Assembly: GCA_038217285.1 (NCBI GenBank)
Contig: JBBQPO010000055.1
Coordinates: forward strand, 1-25,597
Source of the DNA: Chthonomonadales bacterium
Lineage (GTDB): Bacteria > Armatimonadota > Chthonomonadetes > Chthonomonadales > Chthonomonadaceae
Direction of reading: 5' to 3'
DNA: 25,597 nucleotides
Within the stretch, counting starts at the first letter, position 1. The number at the start of each line of letters is the position of its first letter. The notes under the pieces are model-generated. The model saw only the letters and a program-made list of their open reading frames with translations. It searched no databases and was not told the DNA's origin. The position numbers and the translations under genes are program-made. Of the stretch, positions 6,252-17,865 are shown in pieces.

Positions 6252-8360
6252 TTATCTCGCAGGCTGCAGCCGGAAGAGGGCGACGCCGTGGGGCGGGATC
6301 TTTGTCGTCAGTTGGCCGGTGAAATTGCCCAGGTCTTTGCCCTGCCAGAGATCACGGATCGTGTAGCGCCCGGTCAGCCCGAGATCGGAAGCGGTGATCT
6401 CCACAACGTCGTCGAAATCGCCCCGGTTGAAAAGGCCGATGATCCGGGAACCGTCCGCCATCTCCCTGGACCAGACCTGCCACTCGTCCTTGCTGAAGAT
6501 CGGTCTGCCCGGTGCGCCCAGAGAGTCCTGATCGACCGCCAGCACTTCCGGGTTGGTGAGCAGGTCCAGGGTCCACGGATCGTTGGCGGGCAGATCCGCG
6601 CCGACCATGAGGGGGGCGGGCAGCAGCGACCAGAGCGAGATCAGCGTCATCTGTTCCGGCTTGGTCAGTTGGCTCTGGCGATCCGCTCCCACGGAGCGAC
6701 CGCCTACAGAGAGCCTGCCCAGCGGCAGCATATCGGGATCCGGCCAGTGGCCTGGCCCGACGAACGCAGGCCAGCGCGCTCCCACCTCGAACGCGTGATT
6801 CAGGTCGTTCCAGTTGTCCCACAAATCCCCAAGGCCGCGCCACATATTCGCGTGGCCCGCCACGTGCTTGCCCTGCTCGACCGGCGTCTCGCCCGGTGAC
6901 AGGCTGTAGACGATGGAACGGCCGCATTTGCCGATGGCGTCATGGACCGCTTCGATCTCGTCCGTATGGTAGGGCGAGGAGGTGTCGTCCATCTTGACGA
7001 AGTCCACTCCCCAGGCGGCGTAGAGCCGAAATAGCGAGTCGTAGTAGGCGCGACCGGCGGGCGTGTTGCCGCGTACTCCGTACATATCCGGGCACCAGGG
7101 GCAGGTGTCCTGCGTGTTCGCCGCCTCGGCGGCTCTGAAGTTCGAGCCTTCGATAGGCAGATTGGCCGTGACTGCATTGCGCGGAATTCCGCGCATGATG
7201 TGAATGCCGAATTTCAAGCCTAGCCCATGGACCTTATCGGCCAGCGCCTTGAAGCCGTGTCCCTCCGCTGCGGAAGGGAAACGGTTCGGCGCGGGCAGCA
7301 GACGTCCGTTGGCGTCCATGGTGAGTGGGGCGAAGGCTTTCGTCTGGGAGTTGTTGGCGTGGGTGAAGGCATCATACCAGCGGTAGTCGACCACGACATT
7401 GTCCCAGCCATAGGGCAGCAGATGCGCCTCGATATAGCGGGCGTTGGCCAGTGTCTCCGCCTCGGTCACGCTGTCCCCGAAGCAGTCGTAACTGTTCCAG
7501 CCCATAGGAGGCGTCGCCGCCACTGCCGATCCCACGACGAAGTGGATCGTGCGCTTGTCGCGGCCTGCCCCGTTCTGCACCGTGACCTGGACCGGATAGT
7601 CCCCCTCTGCGGCGACGATCCCGGTGAAGACGCCGGTGCCGGTATTTAGGGTGAGGCCGTTCGGGAGTCCTTTGGCGGAGAATTTCAGGGGCCGATCCCC
7701 GGTCACTGGCACGGTCCAGAGAAGAGGCGTTCCGGTACGGATGCCGACGACGGCGGGCGGATGGATGTGGGGCGCAGGCGTTGGGACCGGCCTTGCGATG
7801 ACAGGCTCACTCACCGTCGGCTTCCAGGCTACGGTCTGCGGCAGAGCGCCGGTGACCACGAAGCGCGCGTCCGCCCAGTCGGCGTGGTCGTACTCATACC
7901 CGTCGCCTCCGGTCGTGACTCGTAAGATGACCTGCTGGACACCCGTAAGATCGACATCCACGGTCTGCGGAGGCTGCCCTTTCCGCCGTATCCCGCTCTG
8001 CCAGAGAACTTTGTGGCCGTCGCCCAGAACCTGGAAGTTGGCGCTGCCCTTGCCGTCCGGTACCTCATCGTCGATGCCGACCGTGGCGGTGAAGCGCCGC
8101 GTTCCGCCGTGCAGGTTGATCGCCAGAATGCCGGGCGAGTGCGTCCCGAAACCGTGCGTGAAGGTCTGCCCGTGCAGCGTCAGCGGATGGCCGTCGACAG
8201 ATCTATTGGCCTGGGGTTTGCCGAACCCCTGCACCGCTTTCGACAGGTCCAGCGTCGAAAGCTCGACCGTCTCCTCCGCCTGCGCCAGGCAGGGCGTCAG
8301 CAGTAACAGCAGCCCCGCTGCTCCCGCCACCGCACTTCTCGGCCTCAATATTCTATCCAT
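6252..8360 (-). CDS. Secreted GH27 glycosidase with NPCBM/CBM51-like and Ig-like domains; probable beta-L-arabinopyranosidase
   Basis: Signal peptide ending AQA. NPCBM motifs (GFGTHS, ATVGIDD, DHADWADA) and an Ig module (GLPNGLTLN). GH27 motifs TPPMGWNS, VDFVKMDD (nucleophile), NMWRGLGD (acid/base) and WPDPDML. Confidence 0.92.
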   Translation of the reverse strand: MDRILRPRSAVAGAAGLLLLLTPCLAQAEETVELSTLDLSKAVQGFGKPQANRSVDGHPLTLHGQTFTHGFGTHSPGILAINLHGGTRRFTATVGIDDEVPDGKGSANFQVLGDGHKVLWQSGIRRKGQPPQTVDVDLTGVQQVILRVTTGGDGYEYDHADWADARFVVTGALPQTVAWKPTVSEPVIARPVPTPAPHIHPPAVVGIRTGTPLLWTVPVTGDRPLKFSAKGLPNGLTLNTGTGVFTGIVAAEGDYPVQVTVQNGAGRDKRTIHFVVGSAVAATPPMGWNSYDCFGDSVTEAETLANARYIEAHLLPYGWDNVVVDYRWYDAFTHANNSQTKAFAPLTMDANGRLLPAPNRFPSAAEGHGFKALADKVHGLGLKFGIHIMRGIPRNAVTANLPIEGSNFRAAEAANTQDTCPWCPDMYGVRGNTPAGRAYYDSLFRLYAAWGVDFVKMDDTSSPYHTDEIEAVHDAIGKCGRSIVYSLSPGETPVEQGKHVAGHANMWRGLGDLWDNWNDLNHAFEVGARWPAFVGPGHWPDPDMLPLGRLSVGGRSVGADRQSQLTKPEQMTLISLWSLLPAPLMVGADLPANDPWTLDLLTNPEVLAVDQDSLGAPGRPIFSKDEWQVWSREMADGSRIIGLFNRGDFDDVVEITASDLGLTGRYTIRDLWQGKDLGNFTGQLTTKIPPHGVALFRLQPAR

Positions 8361-8372
8361 GTCGTCTCCTCG

Positions 8373-11213
8373 TTATTTCGCGCGGAAGGTCAGGCTCGCC
8401 GACTTCAGGCCGGGAGCGCTCGCCGTCAACTGCATCTCCCCTGCCGTCGATTTCGCGCCGACTACGACCATGCACAGTCCGTTGAAGGCGTGGCGGTCGT
8501 TCGATTTGTCCGGATCGTGGTCGCTGGGGTTGCCGTTGCCGACGCCCGCGACAGTGCCCGCGCCGCTCACATCGAAGTGGACCGGATCGTCCGCCGTCGG
8601 AACCACGCGCCCCTGCGCATCGACGACCGCGACGGCGACCATCGTCACATCCTCCCCGTCCGCGCTAAGGCGAGTGCGGTCGGTCGTCAGCCGCAGGGCG
8701 GCGGGTGCTCCGGTCGTCTCCACTTTGTCGGAAGCGATCAGACGCCCGGCCGCATCGTACCCTTTCGCGACCACGTTGCCGGGCGCATACGGCACGTTCC
8801 ATTCGACATGCCCGTTGCGCGGCATCGTCTTCGACCCCAGGCTCGCTCCGTTCACGACCAGCTCGATACGGGCGGCGTTGCTGTAGACCCAGACCGGAAT
8901 CGGTTGTCCTTCCTTCCCCGGCCAGTTCCAGTGGGGAAGAACATGCACGAGCGGCTTGCCCGCCCACCAGGCTTTGTAGTAGTAGTAGACGTCTTTCGGA
9001 AAGCCGCACTCGTCCATAATGCCGAAGTTCGAGTTGATATCCGGCCAGTTGAAGGGCGTCGGCTCGCCTTTGTAGTCGAAACCGGTCCAGGCGAACCCTC
9101 CGGCGACGTACGTCTGATCGGCCTGCTGCGGCCAGGAGCCCTGCGCGGTCTGCGCCCATCCCGGCGCGTTGACATCGTAGGCGCTGACCCAGCCCTTCGA
9201 TTCCACGCCGGTGTAGTGCGTGTTGTCGATGACATACCGTTCCCAAGAGTAGACGCCGCGTGTGGCGACCGTGCTGGCGGTCTCGCTGCCGTAGAGCGGG
9301 ATCTCCGGATGCGCTTTGTGGTAGGGGACGTAAGAGCCGGGATTGTAGTTGATGCCCCGCAGATCCTCGACCAGCGCGATCCCGTGATAGCCGCTGTCGT
9401 TCATGGCGCAACTGATCGGCCGGGTCGTATCGTACTGCCGCACCCGATTCCGCATGGCCGTGAAGATGCGCGCGCCCTCGTCGGTGCCCTGGAGCGGCTC
9501 TTCGTTGCACATCGACCAGAGAATGATGCTCGGATGGTTGCGGTCGCGCAGAACCAGGTCTGTGACTTCCGACAGGTCGGCGTAGCCGGTGCCGCGCGGT
9601 GTCTTGGCCGACTGCGTGTCGCCCAGGTGCCGCGTCTCGTCCATGACCAGCATGCCGAGTCGGTCGCAGGCGTCCAGAAGCTCCGGCGCGGGCGGATTGT
9701 GCGACATCCGGACGGCGTTGCTGCCCATCTCTTTGAGCCGCTGAGTCCGCCAGAAGAGCACACTGTCGGCCATCGCCGTGCCGACGCCCGCGAAGTCCTG
9801 ATGCGTACAGGTGCCCAGGATCTTCACCGGCTTCTCGTTCAGGAAGAAGCCCTTCTCGTTGTCGAAGCGAATGGTGCGGATGCCGAAGGGGGTGTCCACG
9901 GCGTCTATCGTCTGGGTGCCGTTCACAATAGTGGTGTGCAGGCGGTACATCTGCGGCTTTTCCAGCGACCAGAGCGCCGCCTGCGGCACAGAGGCGGACT
10001 GCTCTAACTCGACCTGGCCTCCGGCAGGCACCGACTGCGGCGTTTTCACGACTGCCGTGCGGCGCCCGTTCGGCCCGAGGATCTCGGAGACGACCATGCA
10101 CTCCTGCGCCTGGTTCGTCGGGTTGGTCACGGTCGTCTTAAGGCTCAGGGTCGCCGACGGGCTGCCCAGCGGATCTTTTACCTCGGACGTGATGACCGTG
10201 CCCCAGGGCGCGACATGCAGCGGAGAGGCGATGTTGAGCCAGACATGGCGGTAGATGCCGCCGCCCTCGTACCACCAGCCCTCCTGCGCTGTCGGGTCCA
10301 CATGGACGGTCAGGAGGTTAGTCTCCGCACCGTAGTGGGCGGCTTTGCTGATGTCGTAGCGAAATCCCATATAGCCGCTGGGATGGTCTCCGAGCAGTCG
10401 GCCGTTGAGATAGACTTTGCTGTCGCGGTAGACACCGTCGAAGTCGATCCAGACCGCTTTCCCCTGAGCCGATGCCGGCAGGGTGAAGGTCTTGCGATAC
10501 CAGGCCGGTGCGGTGGGCAGCGAACCGTGACTGGGGTCTGCCGTCGGCGTAAACTGTCCTTCGACCACATAGTCGTGCGGCAGATGCACCGTGCGCCACT
10601 TCGAGTCGTCAAATTCCGGCTGTGTCGGATCGATGGCGACAGGGCTGCTCCCGACAGAGACGGAGCTTCCCAGTCCCCCGGCGCCCTGCAGGTTCTGGAC
10701 GAGGATCGCGACTATGTTCGGGCCGCCGGATTTCCAGGCCGCCTCCAGGGGGACGTCGAACGCGGAGCTCCAGCCCTCGTGATGGGCCAGTTTGACGCCA
10801 TTGAGGTAGACATCGGCGTTGTCGTCGGCTTTGAGGCGCAGCACACGGTGCGGGCCGGGGACATCCGGCAGTGTCGCACGGAACCAGGCGTAGCCGGATC
10901 GCCCGTGGAAAACATCGTCGCCGGGCGCAGCGTTCTGCCACTCTGCGCCAGCGGTATCGACACCGGGCGCGGCCAGTGTCGCGGCCGTATCGCGCGTGGC
11001 GTTGTCCAGGCGCCAGCGCCACGCCCGGACCTCCAACGCATTGGTGAGCGCCGCAGAGGCGTCCATCTGGAAACGCCAATCGGCGTCGATCAGGATACGC
11101 TGCCGTCCAGGCGGGGCAGGGGCCGCGTATGAAACCATGGGCGCGGCCACTCCTGATGCAAGCATAAGCGCCCCAACTCCGAACAGCAGCATCGATTCTC
11201 TTTTGCCGATCAC
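8373..11213 (-). CDS. Secreted GH2 glycosidase (beta-galactosidase-like) with an extra inserted beta-sandwich domain
   Basis: GTG start behind AAGGAG and a signal peptide. Motifs FGIRTIRF, AVRMSHNP, RDRNHPSIILWSMCNEE (acid/base), YGSETAS (nucleophile) and WTGFDYKGEP. Confidence 0.93.
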   Translation of the reverse strand: MIGKRESMLLFGVGALMLASGVAAPMVSYAAPAPPGRQRILIDADWRFQMDASAALTNALEVRAWRWRLDNATRDTAATLAAPGVDTAGAEWQNAAPGDDVFHGRSGYAWFRATLPDVPGPHRVLRLKADDNADVYLNGVKLAHHEGWSSAFDVPLEAAWKSGGPNIVAILVQNLQGAGGLGSSVSVGSSPVAIDPTQPEFDDSKWRTVHLPHDYVVEGQFTPTADPSHGSLPTAPAWYRKTFTLPASAQGKAVWIDFDGVYRDSKVYLNGRLLGDHPSGYMGFRYDISKAAHYGAETNLLTVHVDPTAQEGWWYEGGGIYRHVWLNIASPLHVAPWGTVITSEVKDPLGSPSATLSLKTTVTNPTNQAQECMVVSEILGPNGRRTAVVKTPQSVPAGGQVELEQSASVPQAALWSLEKPQMYRLHTTIVNGTQTIDAVDTPFGIRTIRFDNEKGFFLNEKPVKILGTCTHQDFAGVGTAMADSVLFWRTQRLKEMGSNAVRMSHNPPAPELLDACDRLGMLVMDETRHLGDTQSAKTPRGTGYADLSEVTDLVLRDRNHPSIILWSMCNEEPLQGTDEGARIFTAMRNRVRQYDTTRPISCAMNDSGYHGIALVEDLRGINYNPGSYVPYHKAHPEIPLYGSETASTVATRGVYSWERYVIDNTHYTGVESKGWVSAYDVNAPGWAQTAQGSWPQQADQTYVAGGFAWTGFDYKGEPTPFNWPDINSNFGIMDECGFPKDVYYYYKAWWAGKPLVHVLPHWNWPGKEGQPIPVWVYSNAARIELVVNGASLGSKTMPRNGHVEWNVPYAPGNVVAKGYDAAGRLIASDKVETTGAPAALRLTTDRTRLSADGEDVTMVAVAVVDAQGRVVPTADDPVHFDVSGAGTVAGVGNGNPSDHDPDKSNDRHAFNGLCMVVVGAKSTAGEMQLTASAPGLKSASLTFRAK

Positions 11214-11260
11214 GCTTCTCTCCTTAAGCCTCTTCTTCGATGAACACTAAGCAGTCCTCT

Positions 11261-11269
11261 ATCGTAGCA
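11261..11269 (-). promoter_or_regulatory. Extended -10 element for the GH2-GH27 operon
   Basis: TGCTACGAT on the minus strand, about 48 nt upstream of the GH2 start. Confidence 0.4.
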
Positions 11270-11366
11270 TACAGACAGGCCAGACCGCTCTGAGGGACAG
11301 GGATTTGGACGCCGCCGCCATTTTTGCGCGCCATCCATTCACATTTTTTCGCGGGGCCAGCGGGGC

Positions 11367-11395
11367 TTGTTTTTCGGTGTGGGCTGTGCTATAAT
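11367..11395 (+). promoter_or_regulatory. sigma70/sigmaA promoter P1 (distal)
   Basis: TTGTTT-N17-TATAAT with the TG extension. Confidence 0.65.
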
Positions 11396-11556
11396 GAGAC
11401 TGGTTCATCTCTTCATGGCTGAACCTTTCCCTTCCGGGAGCGTTTCCACGCAGCACGCGGGCGGCTCTCTAATTTCGCCTATCCAGTGCCCACAGCCCGT
11501 TCGAAAAGTGCATAGCCCGACAGATTGAGGGCTTTCTCGGCAGGCTCTGGAATACA

Positions 11557-11574
11557 TCGTGAAAAAAAGCACAG
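11557..11574. promoter_or_regulatory. Candidate Rex-like operator
   Basis: TCGTGAA-AAAA-AGCACAG versus TTGTGAA-N4-TTCACAA (10 of 14), just upstream of the P2 -35 element. Confidence 0.35.
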
Positions 11575-11590
11575 AAAAGGCCCGTATAGG

Positions 11591-11620
11591 TTGACCTTGC
11601 TGGAAGCGCAAAGGTATACT
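11591..11620 (+). promoter_or_regulatory. sigma70/sigmaA promoter P2 (proximal) of the act-cox operon
   Basis: TTGACC-N18-TATACT. Confidence 0.65.
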
Positions 11621-11756
11621 GAATTAGATTTCACCAAACCTCTAGTGGCGGAGGTGTGCAGACAGGGGCGGGATGAACCGCCGACCTTCGCCGCAATGCG
11701 GACGCAGAACCTGTTGATGTGCGCCGCAGACCGTTTTTAGATCGGGAGCGCGTCAG

Positions 11757-12488
11757 ATGGCACAGATATTCCATCACTCAGCAAACATTGCGATGCGTGT
11801 CAGCATCGTCGGGGCGGGACTGCTGACCGCCGGCCTGATCGCCGCCGGAGTAGGCATCAGCCGATCCCCCTGGAATACCAAGGTCGGTATTCCCAAAGAC
11901 CAGCCGGTCCCCTTCAGCCATGAGCACCACGCCGTGGAACTCGGAGTAGACTGTCGCTACTGCCATACCAATGTCGAAAAGGCCGCCTGGGTGCAGTTGC
12001 CTCCTACCCAGACCTGCTATACCTGCCATTCGCAAATCTGGACCAACAGCCCCCTGCTCGAACCTGTCCGCACCAGCTACAGCGAAAAACTGCCCATTAA
12101 GGGCGGTTGGAACCAGTTGAACGCCGTACCCGACTTCGTCTACTTCAATCACAGCATCCACGTCAATCGCGGTGTCAACTGCAACACCTGCCACGGCCCT
12201 ATCCAGAAAGAGATGCTCGCCTACAAAGGCAAAGCCTTCTTCATGTCCTGGTGCTTGAACTGCCATCGCAACCCCGAAAACTTCGTCAATCCGGGAGGGG
12301 CAAAGCATGTTTTCAGCCTGTATGAGAAGTACCAGACGGATGTACCTCTGACCCCCGAAGAGAGCACCATCGCCAACGGCAACGACTATCAGCGGAACAA
12401 AGCTGAGCTGGCGCGGGGTGAGCAGACGCTGAAAGAGTACAAAGTTCAGACCAAGCAGTTGACCGACTGCTCCGTCTGCCACCATTAA
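11757..12488 (+). CDS. actA: Alternative complex III pentaheme cytochrome c subunit
   Basis: N-terminal TM helix, QPVPFSHEHH and five CxxCH motifs (CRYCH, CYTCH, CNTCH, CLNCH, CSVCH). Confidence 0.95.
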   Translation: MAQIFHHSANIAMRVSIVGAGLLTAGLIAAGVGISRSPWNTKVGIPKDQPVPFSHEHHAVELGVDCRYCHTNVEKAAWVQLPPTQTCYTCHSQIWTNSPLLEPVRTSYSEKLPIKGGWNQLNAVPDFVYFNHSIHVNRGVNCNTCHGPIQKEMLAYKGKAFFMSWCLNCHRNPENFVNPGGAKHVFSLYEKYQTDVPLTPEESTIANGNDYQRNKAELARGEQTLKEYKVQTKQLTDCSVCHH

Positions 12489-12540
12489 TCCGTTCCGTCG
12501 GGAAAGCCCCCGTTAAACCTGTCGGCAGGTAGTGAGAACC

Positions 12541-15500
12541 ATGGACATTAATCCGAAGAGACCCCTAGACGCCCGCACTTTCCGCGCCAAGCTGGAAGGG
12601 CAGAGCGGCAAACAGTACTGGCGCAGCCTCGAAGAGCTGGCGGACACCCCCGAGTTCCGCGAGTTCCTGTTCGACGAGGTTCCGCAGCATACCCGCTCGT
12701 TCGACATCCAGGGCATGGATCGTCGGCGCTTCCTGACGCTGGCCGGCGCCTCCCTCGCTCTGGCCGGACTGAGCGGCTGCCGCTGGCTGCCTGCCAAGAA
12801 AGTCGTGCCCGCCGCCGAGCAGTCGGAAGACCGCGTCATCAGCATCGCCAACATCTACGCCACCTCCGTCATCGAGCATGGCCTCGCGACCGGCGTTTGG
12901 GTGACGAGTAATGAAGGGCGGCCTACCCGCATCGAGGGCAACCCCGAGCATCCCGCCTCCCTCGGCTCCAACTCCAGCACCGTGCAGGCGACGCTGCTCG
13001 ATCTCTACGATCCCGACCGCTCCCAGACCGTCTCGAACCTGGGCTCCATCAGCAACTGGCCCGCCTTTCTGGAAACCATGCGCAGCGCGCTGGCGGAGAC
13101 CAAAGACGGCACCGGCCTGCGGATCCTGACCGAGACCGTCACGTCGCCCACGCTGACGCACCAGATCAAGGCGCTCCTCGCCAAATATCCCGGCGCGAAA
13201 TGGCATCAGTACGAGCCGTGCGGACGCGACAATGTGGTCAACGGCGCGAAAGCCGCCTTCGGCCAGCCTGTCAACACCCTCTACGATTTCAGCAAGGCCG
13301 ACCGCATCCTTTCGCTCGACGCCGACTTCCTGCTCTCCATGCCCGGCCATATCCGCTACTCCCGCGACTTCGCCGTCAAGCGGCGCGTTCGTAGCGAAGA
13401 GATCTCTGCGGAACAGCCGAAGAAACTGGAGATGAGCCGCTTCTACATGGTGGAGAGCTGCCCGTCGATCACCGGTACGATGGCCGATCACCGCCTGCCG
13501 CTCCGCGCCAGTCAGGTCGAAGCCCTGGCCCGCGCCGTTGCCGGTGCGCTCGGCGTGGATGCCGGCGCGGCCGCCCTGCCCGCAGGCGTTCCCCAACCCT
13601 GGTTCGATGCGATGATCGCCGATCTGAAGACCGCGAACGGCGCAAGTATCGTCCTCACCGGAGATCACCAGCCGCCCGCCGTCCATGTACTCTGCCACGC
13701 CATCAACGCGGCCCTGGGGAATGTGGGCAAGACCGTCAACTATACCGATCCCGTCGAGTCGCAGCCCGTCGATCAACTCGCCTCCCTGCGCCAACTGGTG
13801 GATGACCATAAGATCGATGGCGCGGTCAAGATTCTGCTGATCCTCGGCGGCAATCCCGTCTACAACGCACCCGTCGATCTCGAATTCGGACATCTTCTGG
13901 ATACGACGCGCCTGACCGCGCACCTCAGCATGCACGAGGACGAGACCTCTGCCCGCTGCCAATGGCACCTGCCGGAAGCCCATGCTCTGGAAGCCTGGAG
14001 CGATGCCCGCGCCTACGACGGCACCCTCTCCATCGTCCAGCCGCTGATCGCCCCGCTCTACGAAGGCGCGCACTCGACCCTGGAGTTGGTCTCCGCACTC
14101 ACCGGCCCGATGCCCAACAGTTACGATCTGGTCTACGACTACTGGACCGCCCAGAAGCCCGCGCCCGACTTCGAGAAGTGGTGGCAGAAGAGCCTCCACG
14201 ACGGCGTCATCAAGAACAGCGCCTTCCCGACCAAAGCCTTCCCGCTGAATCCCGCCGCAGCCAAAGCCACGGTGACGCCCGCCATAGACGACAAGGGGCT
14301 GGAGCTGCTGCTCCTGCCCGATCCCACCGTGCGCGACGGCCGCTTCGCCAACAACGGCTGGATGCAGGAGCTGCCCAAACCGCTGACCAAACTCACCTGG
14401 GACAACGCCGCGCTGATGAGTCAGGCCACCGCCGAAAAACTCGGCCTCGCGCCCTCCATCGGCGGTCTCACCGTTGCCGACGAGAAAGTCGTCGAGTTCG
14501 TGATCGGCGGACGCAAGCTGAAAATTCCTGTGCTCGCCCTGCCCGGCCATCCCGACGACGCCGTGACCATCCACCTGGGCTACGGGCGCACCCACGTCGG
14601 TAAGATCGGGACCGGGACCGGCTTCAACGGCTATCTGCTCTGCACGACCGCCGCTCCCTACTTCGCGGGCGGCATGAAGGCTACTAATACGGGGGACACC
14701 TACCCGCTGGCCCATACCCGCAGCCACCACAGCATGGAAGGCCGCGATATCCTTATGGAAGGCACGCTGGCGGAGTTCCTCCTGCACCCCGAATTTGCCA
14801 AAACCGAGGCCACGACCACCCCGGAGATCCCCGTTGACGACAAGCAGATCGAGCCAGCGGAGAGCGGCAAAGGCAAGCGGCTCTCACTCTACGACGCGCA
14901 GGATCACGAGTACAAAACCGATGAGAACGCGTTCGCCTATAGCTGGGGCCTCTCCATCGACAACAACGTCTGTATCGGCTGCAACGCCTGCGTGACCGCC
15001 TGCCAGAACGAGAACAATATCCCCATCGTCGGGAAAGATCAGGTGCAGCGCGGACGCGAGATGCACTGGATCCGCATCGACCGCTACTATCGCGGCCCGA
15101 TCTCCAACCCGCACACCTTCTTTGAGCCCGTGACCTGCATGCACTGTGAAAACGCGCCATGCGAGCCGGTCTGCCCGGTCGCCGCCACGGTCCACAGCAT
15201 GGAAGGTCTCAACCAGATGGTCTACAACCGCTGCGTCGGGACACGCTACTGCTCCAACAACTGTCCTTACAAAGTGCGCCGCTTCAACTTCTACAAGTAC
15301 ACGGCGGGCCAGCCCGATCCGGACAAACTGAACGGTAACAACGACAGCCTGGTGCTGCAACTGCTCTCCAACCCCGATGTGACCGTGCGCGGACGCGGAG
15401 TCATGGAGAAGTGCAGCTACTGTGTGCAGCGTATCAACCATGCGCGAACGACCGCCAAAAAAGAGGGACGGGCGATCAAGGACGGCGAGGTGGTGACCGC

Positions 15501-15717
15501 CTGCCAGCAGTCCTGCCCGACACAGGCCATCGTCTTCGGCGATATCGCCGACAAGACCACGCTGGTCTCCAAGTTGAAAGCCCTGCCGACCGACTACACG
15601 ATGCTCGGCGAACTGAATACACGCCCCCGCACGTCCTACCTGGCGCGGCTGCGAAACCCGAACCCGAACATCGAAGCGGACGTGAAAAACGGCCCCGACA
15701 CCCCGGTGGTGGAGTAA
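12541..15717 (+). CDS. actB: Alternative complex III molybdopterin-oxidoreductase-like/Fe-S subunit
   Basis: YWRSLEEL, Tat motif DRRRFL and lipobox LSGC. C-terminal Fe-S motifs [35 protein letters not shown] and KCSYC...CQQSC. Alternative GTG start at 12532. Confidence 0.95.
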   Translation: MDINPKRPLDARTFRAKLEGQSGKQYWRSLEELADTPEFREFLFDEVPQHTRSFDIQGMDRRRFLTLAGASLALAGLSGCRWLPAKKVVPAAEQSEDRVISIANIYATSVIEHGLATGVWVTSNEGRPTRIEGNPEHPASLGSNSSTVQATLLDLYDPDRSQTVSNLGSISNWPAFLETMRSALAETKDGTGLRILTETVTSPTLTHQIKALLAKYPGAKWHQYEPCGRDNVVNGAKAAFGQPVNTLYDFSKADRILSLDADFLLSMPGHIRYSRDFAVKRRVRSEEISAEQPKKLEMSRFYMVESCPSITGTMADHRLPLRASQVEALARAVAGALGVDAGAAALPAGVPQPWFDAMIADLKTANGASIVLTGDHQPPAVHVLCHAINAALGNVGKTVNYTDPVESQPVDQLASLRQLVDDHKIDGAVKILLILGGNPVYNAPVDLEFGHLLDTTRLTAHLSMHEDETSARCQWHLPEAHALEAWSDARAYDGTLSIVQPLIAPLYEGAHSTLELVSALTGPMPNSYDLVYDYWTAQKPAPDFEKWWQKSLHDGVIKNSAFPTKAFPLNPAAAKATVTPAIDDKGLELLLLPDPTVRDGRFANNGWMQELPKPLTKLTWDNAALMSQATAEKLGLAPSIGGLTVADEKVVEFVIGGRKLKIPVLALPGHPDDAVTIHLGYGRTHVGKIGTGTGFNGYLLCTTAAPYFAGGMKATNTGDTYPLAHTRSHHSMEGRDILMEGTLAEFLLHPEFAKTEATTTPEIPVDDKQIEPAESGKGKRLSLYDAQDHEYKTDENAFAYSWGLSIDNNVCIGCNACVTACQNENNIPIVGKDQVQRGREMHWIRIDRYYRGPISNPHTFFEPVTCMHCENAPCEPVCPVAATVHSMEGLNQMVYNRCVGTRYCSNNCPYKVRRFNFYKYTAGQPDPDKLNGNNDSLVLQLLSNPDVTVRGRGVMEKCSYCVQRINHARTTAKKEGRAIKDGEVVTACQQSCPTQAIVFGDIADKTTLVSKLKALPTDYTMLGELNTRPRTSYLARLRNPNPNIEADVKNGPDTPVVE

Positions 15718-15721
15718 CACG

Positions 15722-17191
<1,470 letters not shown>

Positions 17192-17200
17192 AGTCAGGTG

Positions 17201-17221
17201 CCCTCCCCCTCTGGGAGAGGG
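17201..17221. repeat. Short REP-like palindrome in the actC-actD gap
   Basis: CCCTCCCCC-TCT-GGGAGAGGG, a 9-bp stem with one mismatch (G-U on the minus strand). Confidence 0.5.
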
Positions 17222-17276
17222 ATCGGATGGAGCCCGGTTTCAACAGACTACTATTCTGAATTAGCGAGTGACGCCC

Positions 17277-17864
17277 ATGAGTTCAACGGTTTACGGCCTG
17301 GTGGCCGAATTCGATGATGCGGATGCCATCCTGGAAGCAGCGGACAAGATTCGCGACGCGGGCTACCGCGTTGTCGAAGCCTACACGCCCTTCCCGGTGC
17401 ATGGCCTTGCGGACAAGATCGCCAAAGAAGATATTCGTGTGCCCTGGCTGATGTTCGCCTGCGGTATCGTGGGCCTCTGCGTCGCCTATGGCCTCGAGTG
17501 GTCCACGAACTCGCCCTGGGTGGAAAAAATCATGAGCCATGCGCCGGTCGATATCGTCACCCGCGCCTGGGCCTATCCCATGAACGTCGGCGGCAAGCCT
17601 TTCCATAGCTGGGTCTCTTTCATTCCGCCCGCGTATGAGTGGACCATCCTCTTCACCGCGTTCGGAGCCGTCTTCGGAATGCTGCTGCTGAATGGGCTGC
17701 CGCGTCCCTACCATTCGATCTTCAATGCGAAGAACTTTGATCGGGCCTCGCAGGATAAGTTTTTCCTCTGCATCGAGTCGGCGGACCCTAAGTTCGACTA
17801 CGAGAACACCTGGCAGTTCCTGCAAAGCCTGCATCCGGCGGACGTTTCGGAAGTGGAGCGATAA
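17277..17864 (+). CDS. actD: Alternative complex III subunit D (DUF3341)
   Basis: EAYTPFPVHGL, YPMNVGGKP, two TM helices and RASQDKFFLCIE. Alternative GTG start at 17268. Confidence 0.93.
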   Translation: MSSTVYGLVAEFDDADAILEAADKIRDAGYRVVEAYTPFPVHGLADKIAKEDIRVPWLMFACGIVGLCVAYGLEWSTNSPWVEKIMSHAPVDIVTRAWAYPMNVGGKPFHSWVSFIPPAYEWTILFTAFGAVFGMLLLNGLPRPYHSIFNAKNFDRASQDKFFLCIESADPKFDYENTWQFLQSLHPADVSEVER

Positions 17865-17865
17865 C

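Noticed and set aside
12541..14760. ActB as an active molybdoenzyme
   Set aside because: The ActB N-terminal domain is known to lack the Mo cofactor, and the operon context is ACIII.
12565..14787. 740-aa antisense ORF over actB, and similar long shadows such as 8490-10007, 7624-8886, 3613-4548 and 130-1149
   Set aside because: They overlap well-supported genes and have no recognisable motifs; long stop-free antisense frames are expected with GC-rich codon usage.
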